From: Naegleria gruberi
Lineage: Eukaryota
Length of the DNA stretch: 64,000 nucleotides
Assembly (NCBI GenBank): GCA_000004985.1
Contig: GG738847.1
Strand: one strand, 5' to 3'
The position numbers and the translations under genes were made by a program. Positions 12,911-22,477 of this stretch are shown here, piece by piece. Numbering within the stretch: the stretch's first letter is position 1; every line of letters begins with the position of its first letter. The notes beneath the pieces were generated by a model that made no database searches, was not told where the DNA came from, and worked only from the letters and a program-made list of their open reading frames with translations.

Positions 12911-14458
12911 ATGCTCTCTCAACTTGAAACCCTTCCAAACGAAATTATTCTCCACATTCTTCACTACATTGATGACAATGAATGCTTCCATTCAACATGT
13001 TTCACTAAAAAGTATTGGCTACTAACTATTTGGCCATACAGAAAGGAGAAACTGGCCATCAATTCTTATTCCGACCTTGACAGATATTTGCAAAATGTTA
13101 GTAATAATACCAATAACAAGGTATCATCAGCAAAGAATTCAACTATCGGATCAGTTGTAGGAGCCATCAATGCATCATCAAGAGCAACCCACATTGAAGA
13201 AAAGAAAATTTCTACTAAAATTCTATATGATTATTTCGATAGATTTACTCACTTGAAGGAAATTTCTCTTGTAAATTGTGGATTAAACGATTCAAGTCTT
13301 GAAAAACTTTGTTCCATCAATAAGAGAGGATTAATATCATTGAACATTTCTAAGAACAAGAATTTAACGTGGGCCAATACACAAAAGTGTATCATGCTTT
13401 GTGAGAATATCAAGAGTTTGGATATTTCATACAATTTTCAAGCTAGCACACCAAATCAAAATACACAAAATACTTGGATAGAAAGTTTGACATTACCAAT
13501 GTCACTAGAACGATTGAACATTTCTGGATTCCTATCGGAAATTCCTGATTTTGAATCACTTTTTAAACTAATCAAGAAATTTTCAAAGGAAAATCAAGAA
13601 ACCGAGCATCCAATAATCAAAGTATTCACAGCAAATCACTTGACCGAATTTTCACTCCTCAAACCAGAATATTTGAAAACTTTGCGAGAATTATCTAAAA
13701 AGACAATGATAGAAATGTATAACCATTGCTTTATTTTCCTCAAGTCATTGACATTTGTGGAGATTTATACATCACTGGGATTTTATCCTGCCACTGAATT
13801 GATTAACGAATGTATCATTAAGGGTCACACTCGTTCATTGGAATTATTGGCCTCGATTGACTTTCCATTTAATGAAATTTCATTGGGCGTACTGGAGGAA
13901 GCCATCCTTGCTGGACATTCATCTATTATTTCTAAACTCAGAGTTTTGGGATTTACTCGTTTCGACGATATTAGTGATGACCTCTTGGATAAGTTAGTTA
14001 CAAAGGGAGATGCAGCTGCCATTACAGAACTTCGTTCATGCAATGTACCTAGAAGAAAGTGGGATCTCATCACTTTATCAGCAGTTGAAACAGCTGTTAG
14101 AAATGGTAATAAGGATGTACTCGAACACATTAGAATGCTCAACCTGGGAGATTTACTGAAACAAGTTGCTATTGAACATGTGGAATATGCATTGGAACGT
14201 GGTCACTCTGGTATTCTCAAACAATTAACCAGTTGCAATTATCAATACCTTAATGATATTAATGCACAAATTCTGGCAAACATTGTAGCCAAATCTGTTA
14301 CTTTTGAAATTGTCCTAAGAAATGCAGGATACAAAAATCTGACAGAAATCAAGTCACTCATCAAACAACAAACCAACACCAAACCAGAGAAGAAAGCAAA
14401 GAAGGAATCCAAGAAGGAAAAGAAGAAGACAACCACAACAGCAACAAGCTCCAAATAA
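12911..14458 (+). CDS. Protein with an N-terminal F-box, leucine-rich-repeat-like segments and C-terminal ankyrin-like repeats, 515 aa.
   Basis: The N-terminal LPNEIILHILHYI matches the F-box consensus. LKEISLVNCGLNDSSLEKL and ISLNISKNKNLT look LRR-like. AILAGHSSIISKL, AVRNGNKDVLEHI and ALERGHSGILKQL look like ankyrin repeats. The protein ends in a Lys-rich tail. Its TAA lies inside AATAAA, 4 nt before the next gene's ATG. Confidence 0.5.
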   Translation: MLSQLETLPNEIILHILHYIDDNECFHSTCFTKKYWLLTIWPYRKEKLAINSYSDLDRYLQNVSNNTNNKVSSAKNSTIGSVVGAINASSRATHIEEKKISTKILYDYFDRFTHLKEISLVNCGLNDSSLEKLCSINKRGLISLNISKNKNLTWANTQKCIMLCENIKSLDISYNFQASTPNQNTQNTWIESLTLPMSLERLNISGFLSEIPDFESLFKLIKKFSKENQETEHPIIKVFTANHLTEFSLLKPEYLKTLRELSKKTMIEMYNHCFIFLKSLTFVEIYTSLGFYPATELINECIIKGHTRSLELLASIDFPFNEISLGVLEEAILAGHSSIISKLRVLGFTRFDDISDDLLDKLVTKGDAAAITELRSCNVPRRKWDLITLSAVETAVRNGNKDVLEHIRMLNLGDLLKQVAIEHVEYALERGHSGILKQLTSCNYQYLNDINAQILANIVAKSVTFEIVLRNAGYKNLTEIKSLIKQQTNTKPEKKAKKESKKEKKKTTTTATSSK

Positions 14459-14462
14459 AAAA

Positions 14463-15695
14463 ATGGAATCACTGATTTGCCTTCCACCTTTTGAATCTTT
14501 CATCGGAAAAACAATTTCATCTCTGCCAACTCCATGTCTGGTGATTGATCAAGTTGTTTATTATGAAAATTTAAAGAATTTGAAAGAGTATGTTGATGGA
14601 AAAGTAGCAATACGACCACACTTTAAAGCACACAAGGTAAGTTTGATGTTTAATTACAATATTAAATTATATTGTTAGACTCCAGCAATAGCTTCCGATC
14701 AAATTTTAATTGGAGGAGGATGTGGAGTTTGCTGTCAGAAAGTGAGTGAAGCAGTAGAGGCCATCTCCACAGTGGATGATGTTTTAATTTCGAATCAAGT
14801 TGTGAGTGTGGAGAAATTAAAGTTGATCATTAGGATGAATAATTTGCAAAACAAGACAGTTTCACTTTGCGTTGATAATTGTGGGGTGATTGAATTGTTG
14901 GATAAATTGATGGATGGTGAATCAAAGAAATTAAATCTTGTTGTGGAATATAATGTGGGACAGAATAGGTGTGGAGTTGAGAGTCAGGATCAAGTATTGG
15001 ACCTTGTCAAAATTATTAATGAGAGTAGACATTTGAATTTTAAAGGCATTCAATGCTATAATGGCTCTAATCAACACATCAAGTCATATGAAGAAAGAAA
15101 GTTGGCAACTCAAAAAGTTGTGGAAAAGACAAGGAGTTTGGTTGACTTTTTGGAAGAGAAGGGAATTAAAGTTGAGTATGTAACTGGTGGAGGTACTGGC
15201 ACTTTTGAATTTGAAATGAATTCTGGAGTTTTCACAGAAATTCAACCAGGTTCATGGCTATTTGGTGATGCTGATTATGGATCTATCATGACCAAAAACA
15301 ACAAACCAGTCTTGGAAGATGATTCACACTTTTACTCACAGTCATTGTACATTCTCTCCACTGTTGTGAGCAAGACAGAAGGTAAAAGGGTAGTATTGGA
15401 TGCAGGACTCAAAGCCTCAACTATTGATAGTGGCAATCCAATTCTGAAAGAACCTCAAATGAGAGTACTCAAATATAATTTTGGTGGTGATGAACATGGC
15501 ATTCTTTCTGTGAATGAGAATGAAAAATCCAAGGACTTGATTGATCAAATTAATGTTGGAGATCAAATTCAATTAATCCCAGGACATGTGGATCCAACTT
15601 TTAATATGTACGATTCAATAATATTCTATAACAGTAGAGAAAATAATTTAGTGACACGAGTTGAAAAAATCAAAGCACGTGGACCAGGTATTTAA
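14463..15695 (+). CDS. D-serine dehydratase / D-threonine aldolase-like PLP enzyme (alanine-racemase N-terminal fold, DSD1 family), two exons.
   Basis: Exons are 14463-14636 and 14679-15695, with a 42-nt intron (GTAAGT..TTGTTAG) in phase 0. The N-terminus SLPTPCLVIDQ..(x)..RPHFKAHK|TPAIASDQILIGGGCGVCCQKVSEA matches the DSD1/YGL196W-type signature, including the PLP-binding Lys in ..HFKAHK. Confidence 0.7.
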
Positions 15696-16153
15696 TTCTT
15701 GTAAGCAACAACTTCCATTCCAATAAGAGCATTCTTTGGTAATTGAGAAACTGCAAAACAACCTCTTGCAGGTTTGTTATCAGTGAAATATTCTACATAA
15801 ATTTTGTTTACAGCATCAAAGTTATCCATACTAGTCAAGAGAATTGTTGTTTTCAATACTTGTGACAAGCTTGATCCACAATCTTCAAGTACATTTGTAA
15901 TGTTTTTCAAGGTTTGATGAGTTTGAGCATAAACATCACCATGTTCTTCGCTTGTTGCCAGTTTTCCTATGGCTGGATCAAGTCCAAATTGTCCACTCAA
16001 GAAAATCAAACGATCGTCAAAGATTGAAGCATGTGAGTATGGTCCGAGAGCAGCTAGAAGAAGTTGAATTAATTGAAATAAAAAATTTAAATACATACCA
16101 GGAGCTTTATCAGAGTTCAAGAGTGTGTGATTGATCTTGTTGTTATCAGACAT
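15692..16153 (-). CDS. RidA/YjgF/TdcF-family reactive-enamine/imine deaminase, two exons.
   Basis: Exons are 16153-16099 and 16053-15692, with a 45-nt intron (GTATGT..TTCTAG). The spliced protein begins MSDNNKINHTLLNSDKAPAALGPYSHASIFDDRLIFLSGQ.. and contains ..ARGCFAVSQLPKNALIGMEVVAY, both typical of the RidA family. Its stop codon overlaps the stop codon of the convergent dehydratase gene at 15692-15695. Confidence 0.75.
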   Translation of the reverse strand: MSDNNKINHTLLNSDKAPGMYLNFLFQLIQLLLAALGPYSHASIFDDRLIFLSGQFGLDPAIGKLATSEEHGDVYAQTHQTLKNITNVLEDCGSSLSQVLKTTILLTSMDNFDAVNKIYVEYFTDNKPARGCFAVSQLPKNALIGMEVVAYKN

Positions 16154-16177
16154 TTTCTTTTTGTTTTATTTAAAAAT

Positions 16178-16198
16178 AAAAAGTAAAATATTGTAAAA
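16178..16198 (-). terminator. Probable Pol III terminator T-runs (T4 and T5) downstream of tRNA-Asn.
   Basis: The minus-strand sequence after the tRNA 3' end is AAGATTTTACAATATTTTACTTTTTATTTT. Confidence 0.4.
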
Positions 16199-16202
16199 TC
16201 TT

Positions 16203-16275
16203 CTCCCCCTGGTGGGCTCGAACCACCGACCTGCAGATTAACAGTCTGACGCTCTACCGACTGAGCTAAGGGGGA
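16203..16275 (-). tRNA. tRNA-Asn, anticodon GUU.
   Basis: The reverse complement folds as a 73-nt cloverleaf. The acceptor stem is TCCCCCT paired with AGGGGGA. The D arm is GCTC-AGTCGGTA-GAGC. The anticodon loop is CTGTTAA with U33, G34-U35-U36 and A37. The T arm is GGTGG-TTCGAGC-CCACC and the discriminator is G. T-runs lie just downstream on the same strand. Unusual points: the first base pair is U1:A72, and there is a U27.C43 mismatch in the anticodon stem. Confidence 0.8.
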
Positions 16276-16350
16276 CGCTTGCCAATATGAATTCCTTAAT
16301 AAAATACTCTACCGTTACTCATTGCCCTAAACTAATGATTCTCTCTATCA

Positions 16351-17754
16351 ATGGTTGTTGCTTCTCTCAAAACATGTCCATTAAAAACCTTAAAAAAAAT
16401 GATCAACTCATCTCCCTTTTCCCGCTCGCAACTTGATGATTCATATCAGAGCTCAAGTTTTCAAGGAGAAGATTATCCAAGTGTTTCGGGACATAAGGAA
16501 TTTACTCCCACCAACAATAGATACAAACAAGATCCAGTTGAAAATGAAAATTCCTTTCAAAAAAACAATTTGAATGGATTGGACAGAAGTTTTGGAGGAC
16601 TTTCATCAAATTCAGTTGAGGCTAGACAAATTCAATTCTCGAGCAGTAGAGAAACACAAGATTACAACAACATGGGAGAAAAGAACTTTACTAGTCCTCT
16701 GAGACACTCCACTAGTAATTATCCAGCGATATTTCAACAACAACAGCAACAACAAACCTTAGAATTTTCACCTCCTCGTGTAACATCATCTCTCCGTTCC
16801 TCATATTCTGGAATTAATAATATTCATACCAGGCCAACCTCTCCTAAGTATCATCAACCTCTCCTCAATACCATCAACAAACCTTCATCTGAACCGCCTC
16901 AAGTATTTTCGCCATCTTCATCCATCAGCTCATGTCCAGTGAGTCCAATAGTGAAAGATCATATTGGTACAAGTTTTGGTTTTGAATCATCTAGTTTAGT
17001 TAAAATACCAAAAAACACTGCTAATTATCATGCACATTTCTCAACTCCAACTAGTTCATATGTCAGAGCTGCTAGTGAGAAGGGTATTCCTCTCTGTAAA
17101 TTACACCAACTTCCTGTAGATATTTTATGTAAGGAGTGTTCTGAATTGATTTGTGCAAAATGTTCAAGAAGTTCTGTTCACAACTCTCACGATTGTCAAT
17201 TAATAGACGAAATGGATAGAGAAAAGGAGTGTAGAGATATCAGATCAACTGTGGAAGTTTTAGAATCTAGAGTAAGTAAGATCCAACAAGCTTGTGGAAC
17301 TCCATATGAATTGGATCTAATGAATCGACAACACGAAGAAGCAGTAAATGATATTAAGCGAGATTTTGAAAAAGCTAGAGATTATCTATACAGAAAGGAA
17401 CAAGAACTTCTTGAATCCCTATCAATGATTGTCCAATCCAGAGTTCAATTTTCTCAGGATGTCACCTCGACCAGAAGAAAATTAGAAGATGCTGGATCAA
17501 TGTATCCCATCGAGAGTGTTTCCAACTATGACATTGCCAATAACAAGTACAGTACTGTTTCAAATCTGAAAGAAAAGGTTGAATTCTTGGAAATTAAATT
17601 AAAATTCAATGGTTCCTGCATTGATCAAGATGGAATGGAGCTTCAACAAAAAGCAAAAGATGTTTCTGCTAAAATTTCAGAACTTTCTCAACATTTTGAG
17701 TTGAAAAATTATCCATTCTATTCCACTTTGAAAACAAACTATAAGGACATGTAA
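16351..17754 (+). CDS. Protein with a B-box zinc finger and a coiled coil but no RING domain, 467 aa.
   Basis: ATG at 16351. The N-terminal half is Ser/Gln-rich. The segment CKLHQLPVDILCKECSELICAKCSRSSVHNSHD fits B-box2 spacing exactly (C-x2-H-x7-C-x7-C-x2-C-x5-H-x2-H). The coiled coil follows the B-box. Confidence 0.55.
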   Translation: MVVASLKTCPLKTLKKMINSSPFSRSQLDDSYQSSSFQGEDYPSVSGHKEFTPTNNRYKQDPVENENSFQKNNLNGLDRSFGGLSSNSVEARQIQFSSSRETQDYNNMGEKNFTSPLRHSTSNYPAIFQQQQQQQTLEFSPPRVTSSLRSSYSGINNIHTRPTSPKYHQPLLNTINKPSSEPPQVFSPSSSISSCPVSPIVKDHIGTSFGFESSSLVKIPKNTANYHAHFSTPTSSYVRAASEKGIPLCKLHQLPVDILCKECSELICAKCSRSSVHNSHDCQLIDEMDREKECRDIRSTVEVLESRVSKIQQACGTPYELDLMNRQHEEAVNDIKRDFEKARDYLYRKEQELLESLSMIVQSRVQFSQDVTSTRRKLEDAGSMYPIESVSNYDIANNKYSTVSNLKEKVEFLEIKLKFNGSCIDQDGMELQQKAKDVSAKISELSQHFELKNYPFYSTLKTNYKDM

Positions 17755-17910
17755 AAACTGCTGCTAGGTAATAAATAAACAATATTATTCAATATGTATT
17801 GTAACATTTCCCTCCTTTTCGGTTGTTAATATTGAAAATACAAAATGTTCTTTGTGCATTCTTCCCGCCAAACTTTTACTCCTTTTCTACACTTTTTTAT
17901 TATTTAAAAA

Positions 17911-19923
17911 ATGTTTCAAAACCAGACTGCTATGCGGTCAAAGTATAACTCTGCTATTGGTGATGATTATTCTGGTGGATATGCTGGCGGGATGGACAGA
18001 AACGACTTTTCAAAACCAAAAACTACAACACAAAAACTTCCATGGGATGTTGAGCCTTCTCAAAAGGTTCAACCAACCAACAAATTAAGTTCCTATCGAG
18101 TATCTAATTCTGTTTCAAGCAATGGAAGTATAAGCTCATCGGGTAGACCTTCGAGGATTAATAGTGGATCTGCTGTACCAATGTTTGAAGAGGATAATGA
18201 TGATGAATCAACCCCGAGATCATCCTATTCAAATTATTATGAAGATATTTCTACCAACTCTGGTAAACAATCCATTTCTTATTACCAGCAACAAATGGCA
18301 AAAAAGTCAACATCTTACACTCCATCATATGATGAGGATGGTGATTCAAGAAAGGGAATGGATGACTCGAGAAAAATTAGGAAACAATCTGCACCTCCAA
18401 CTTCTTCCAAGACCACAACTTCAACTTCAAATGGTGGTTCAAAACCATCCTCTAGGAGCTCATCAAGGTTATCAAATAGAAGCGATTCCTATGAAGAAGA
18501 TGTTGATGTTAGAGGTTCTGTCCAGAGATATGATTCTGCAATTAAGGCAGTTGTAAATACAGCACAATCACCAAGCAAACCAAGATTGAGTGCGAATAGA
18601 ACTAAACAACCAATTTCTGGAAGCGGAACTCCAAATAGTGCCAGAGAAACTATTGTTGCAGGTCCAAACACTACTGTTGCAAAACCATCTAGGGTAGCTC
18701 AAGAAAAACTTTCTTCGGAGCCATCTCCGTCCATCAGCGAAAGATCTGTAATAGGATCAAAAAGGCCCTCAAAAATTTTAATTGAAGCATCAATAACTCC
18801 TCTAGCTCTTTTCAACAGAGAATTATCAATTAAGGATATAACAATTGTTCCAGAAGAAAAACCAGTGTCAAGACCAAAGATCAAATTTATTCCTCGAAAA
18901 CATGGAACAACAGCATTTGTACAAAGTAGTTCAAGACCTGAAATAGCTCAAAAGAGAGAAATGCCACCACCTTCTAAAGTTGTTCCTCCTTCTAAAAAAC
19001 CAATTGCTCAACCTCAACCAAAGAAGGCTCCTCCTCCACCAATTTATGATGAAGAAGAGGAAGAAGAAGAGGAAGAAGATGACGAATATTACAAGCAAGA
19101 ATTCGAAGAGGAAGAGGAAGAAGAGGAAGAAGAGGAAGAAGAATACATTCCTCCTCCAAAGAAAACTACTTCTAAACCATCAGCTCCAAAGCAGCAACAA
19201 AAACCAGCTTCAAAGGCTGCAACCTCCAGGGTAAATGCTGCAGTAGCATCCACTGTACCTGTGGATATTGACAGTCAACCAATTGGAGGAGGTGGAAAGG
19301 CAAACAGCATGAGCTTGTTTGAAAAGATGTTAGAAGAAGAAATGAGAAAAGGTGATGCTGTGGCAAAAAGAAAAGAAACAGAAAGAAAATGTCCATACTG
19401 TAACGAAATGGTAGAGGTAGACTATTTCTTGGATCACAAGAAAGAATGTAAAGAAAAGGAAACAAAACCTAAAGCAAAGAAGATGAGTTTTATTCCTGAT
19501 GAATTGAAAGAAGAAGCTGAAAAGGCTAAACGAAACGCCAAACCTTACAAAAAGAAGGCAAGTGTTTGGAGAAAACAACATCAAGAATTCATTAATGTTG
19601 CTGGTAAAAACCCAGAACCTACAATTAAAAACGAAGAATTGGACGACAGAATCCAATGCGAATATTGTGGAAGAAAGTTTGCAGAAGAAACTCATAAGAG
19701 ACACGTGATATCTTGTGGTGAACGAGCAGCCAAGAGCAAGATAAAAGATCGAGGAACAAGTGGAAAGGCTACTAATCAAAGCGTTTCATCTGCATCGTCC
19801 AGTACTGGACTGCCAAGAAAGAATTCCACCAGCTCAGCATCTTCAACATCTCGGCAATCATCTGGGCTTTCTGCCACTCGCTCAACAAAGCCAACAATAG
19901 GATCCAGTACAAAACGATACTAG
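17911..19923 (+). CDS. Ser/Thr-rich protein with an acidic poly-Glu tract and two C-terminal C2HC zinc fingers (ZC2HC1/FAM164-like), 670 aa.
   Basis: ATG at 17911 to TAG. The two fingers are CPYCNEMVEVDYFLDHKKEC and CEYCGRKFAEETHKRHVISC, each C-x2-C-x12-H-x3/5-C. The poly-Glu tracts are encoded by (GAA/GAG)n. Confidence 0.5.
   Translation: MFQNQTAMRSKYNSAIGDDYSGGYAGGMDRNDFSKPKTTTQKLPWDVEPSQKVQPTNKLSSYRVSNSVSSNGSISSSGRPSRINSGSAVPMFEEDNDDESTPRSSYSNYYEDISTNSGKQSISYYQQQMAKKSTSYTPSYDEDGDSRKGMDDSRKIRKQSAPPTSSKTTTSTSNGGSKPSSRSSSRLSNRSDSYEEDVDVRGSVQRYDSAIKAVVNTAQSPSKPRLSANRTKQPISGSGTPNSARETIVAGPNTTVAKPSRVAQEKLSSEPSPSISERSVIGSKRPSKILIEASITPLALFNRELSIKDITIVPEEKPVSRPKIKFIPRKHGTTAFVQSSSRPEIAQKREMPPPSKVVPPSKKPIAQPQPKKAPPPPIYDEEEEEEEEEDDEYYKQEFEEEEEEEEEEEEEYIPPPKKTTSKPSAPKQQQKPASKAATSRVNAAVASTVPVDIDSQPIGGGGKANSMSLFEKMLEEEMRKGDAVAKRKETERKCPYCNEMVEVDYFLDHKKECKEKETKPKAKKMSFIPDELKEEAEKAKRNAKPYKKKASVWRKQHQEFINVAGKNPEPTIKNEELDDRIQCEYCGRKFAEETHKRHVISCGERAAKSKIKDRGTSGKATNQSVSSASSSTGLPRKNSTSSASSTSRQSSGLSATRSTKPTIGSSTKRY
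19051..19143. repeat. Coding (GAA/GAG)n microsatellite in two blocks, encoding poly-Glu.
   Basis: Block 1 (19051-19083) is gaagaagaggaagaagaagaggaagaagatgac. Block 2 (19106-19143) is gaagaggaagaggaagaagaggaagaagaggaagaagaa. Both lie inside the ZC2HC1-like gene. Confidence 0.6.
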
Positions 19924-19949
19924 CAATAATTGTAATATTAAATAATAAT

Positions 19950-22085
19950 TTAAATTTTATTCTCTGTAGTTTCTTGGTTAAATTGTTGGTAGTCTGCTTG
20001 AGAATCTCCCAAATCCAAGGCACTTGCGTTTAGTATTGGATTATCAGTAATAACATTATTATTTGGATTTCTAGTGCTAGAGAGAGCATTTTGGATGTCA
20101 AGCTTTTCTTGTTGTTTAGTTTCGGCAATGATTTTCTCTCGTTTGGACTTTCTCTTTTGTCTTAATAATATTAATCCATTCTCCATCAATTCTGCTGGAA
20201 TAGTATCCCAACAATAGAATGTTCTCCATCTATACTTTTTAAATCCAGCAATTCTCTCAAAAACTCTAAAAAAAGATAAAATGCAAACTAAAACAATTAA
20301 AATCATTGGGAATTGTTTCAAAACATTTGTAATTAAATCTCCAATAATTGGTCCTCCCAAACTATCAGGGAAAATTCTAAAATCTAAAATACCAACTGCA
20401 CTAAAGAAGGCAACTCCATCATCTTGCTTAATATCCAATAAGAGTAAGAAATTATAGCACAAAGATGGAACTGCTCTACAAATAAGGGAAGCTGAAAAGT
20501 ATAATGAGTAAGTATCAGTATAACTTGGTACCATTTTAAATATTTTGAAAAGTCTAACCTTAAACATTCCTCCAAGCATTAGCAAAATGATACAAACAAC
20601 CATTAATAAAGAAACAATTTGAATGAGGGGACTGCTTCCTGTTTTAACACAACGTTGAATAATTTCATAGAAAATAGAAGTACCTGTCTCTTCAGCTAGT
20701 GAAAAGACACTTGGAGCAAATTCACTATACAAAATTACTATGGCGAAGGAAACAGCAACAGTAGCTAAAACCTTATAATAAATCCAATGAACAAATCTAT
20801 AGTAAAAATACAAGTAGGTTCTCCAAAATCGATTCATTGGTCTAAAATCAGACACAATTTCTCTTTTGAATAAAGGGTGATTACTTGGATAGGTACAGCA
20901 TCTAATCACATCTTGTAAATAAAATGTTTCATTGAGAGTATTTTCCCATTCATATCTATTAGCTCTGTATTCTCTCATTGCTCTTTGAATTTCTGCATGA
21001 ATCTTCACACAGGTAGATCTTGTGCATGTCTTTTTCTTACTTTCCTCTGGGCATAATCTCTGTAGAGAACCCACTTCGAGGAATTTGTCAAAAGTTTGCT
21101 TGTTATAATTGGTACAGTCTTTCAATTCAATAGAATTGACAACTTTTTGTAATTTTGGAAATTCTTCGATAATGCTGTCGCATGTCTTTGAAACTGCATC
21201 AATATACCAATAGAGTTTGTGCTCTTTTGTGACAATTTTACTAACTTCTCTCACAGTGACAACCATTTCAGCTAGAGCTCTCTCCTCCTTTTTCATTTTA
21301 CTTCTCTTTCCAGTTGATTCAATACAATTCCACTTGATAATTCTTTCAACATTTGATTTTCTCCACAAGGTTCTAGGCATTTTCACAATACCATATCCTA
21401 AAAATATAGAAAATAGAATTAAACCAAAAAGGTTAGATAATGCAACACCAACGTTGATAAGGAAAGAAAAACTTAAAAGTGTCTTGTCAGCAATTACCAA
21501 AAATATGACAAAAATCACAATTACAACTCCAGCAATAATACCCAAAATTGAGTAGGTAATAATATGTGATAGAACAGATCTGATAAACTTTCCATAAAAT
21601 GTAAATTCACCAGTGTAGGCATAATTTTGTAAAATTGGTAAAACAATCCAAGATAATATTTGTAAACTAAAATAGATAATATACCAACAAATTTCCAAAG
21701 CTGTATCAGGTAAAACACCTGAACTTGTTAAAGCCAAACTGACATCTAATGTAATTAAGGATACAGAACTAAATAAGAATGTGTAATTTAGAAATAATGG
21801 AACGTAGAGAAACCATGATACAAATTTCTTATTTTGTGAAGTGTAATAACGTAAAAGTGCATATGCCAACACTGCAGCTACAATAATAGAAATTACAAGG
21901 GAAATGTAGAAAAACCACGCATCCGTCGCACCAACCTTTGTATCCAGAGTCGAATTTGCTGTAGTGTTAAAGAAGAAGGGAGTGTACGTTCCAAAGGAGG
22001 TGGTAGTACTATTACTAGAATTATTGAATAACGGTACTATTGTTTCATAAAGTGTCCTCTCAAGGGAATATGACTCAAATCCCAT
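19950..22085 (-). CDS. Multi-pass membrane protein with LMBR1-like architecture, 711 aa.
   Basis: Single ORF starting at the ATG encoded by CAT at 22083-22085. It has an N-terminal segment with N-glycosylation sequons, about five transmembrane helices, a long charged loop with coiled-coil character, and about four C-terminal transmembrane helices. The family call rests on topology only. Confidence 0.45.
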   Translation of the reverse strand: MGFESYSLERTLYETIVPLFNNSSNSTTTSFGTYTPFFFNTTANSTLDTKVGATDAWFFYISLVISIIVAAVLAYALLRYYTSQNKKFVSWFLYVPLFLNYTFLFSSVSLITLDVSLALTSSGVLPDTALEICWYIIYFSLQILSWIVLPILQNYAYTGEFTFYGKFIRSVLSHIITYSILGIIAGVVIVIFVIFLVIADKTLLSFSFLINVGVALSNLFGLILFSIFLGYGIVKMPRTLWRKSNVERIIKWNCIESTGKRSKMKKEERALAEMVVTVREVSKIVTKEHKLYWYIDAVSKTCDSIIEEFPKLQKVVNSIELKDCTNYNKQTFDKFLEVGSLQRLCPEESKKKTCTRSTCVKIHAEIQRAMREYRANRYEWENTLNETFYLQDVIRCCTYPSNHPLFKREIVSDFRPMNRFWRTYLYFYYRFVHWIYYKVLATVAVSFAIVILYSEFAPSVFSLAEETGTSIFYEIIQRCVKTGSSPLIQIVSLLMVVCIILLMLGGMFKVRLFKIFKMVPSYTDTYSLYFSASLICRAVPSLCYNFLLLLDIKQDDGVAFFSAVGILDFRIFPDSLGGPIIGDLITNVLKQFPMILIVLVCILSFFRVFERIAGFKKYRWRTFYCWDTIPAELMENGLILLRQKRKSKREKIIAETKQQEKLDIQNALSSTRNPNNNVITDNPILNASALDLGDSQADYQQFNQETTENKI

Positions 22086-22477
22086 GATGCTAATTTAATG
22101 ATGACCAAGCCTATAATAACATGAAACTCTTAATAGAGAGAGTTGAAGAGGAGAGATGTGAGGTTATTTTTTAAGATGATAATATCATTCATGGCAACGG
22201 TAAATGCTCACCGCTCGACGATTAATCGATCTTCTCGAATGTGAAAATGTTAATATGCATTGAATCATAGAGGTATTGTAATAATGCTGTAGATAAGGAA
22301 AAGGAATGGGTTCACAATTAATTGAAACACACTATTGTTGATTCAGTTGTGGTGGTAATACTTTGAATTTCCTTACACTTTCTCGAATTATTATTAGATC
22401 AATTTGGTTGTTGAAATGAAAACAAATAATTGAAATATAAATAACATAAAAAACAAAAAAACAAGCATCCACTACTG
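22086..22477. promoter_or_regulatory. Divergent promoter region of 392 bp between the LMBR1-like gene (minus strand) and the Fic gene (plus strand).
   Basis: The call rests on position only. Confidence 0.3.

Larger units (their letters stand above)
16154..16350. promoter_or_regulatory. Divergent promoter region between the RidA gene (minus strand) and the B-box gene (plus strand); the tRNA-Asn gene lies within it.
   Basis: The call rests on position only. Confidence 0.3.
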
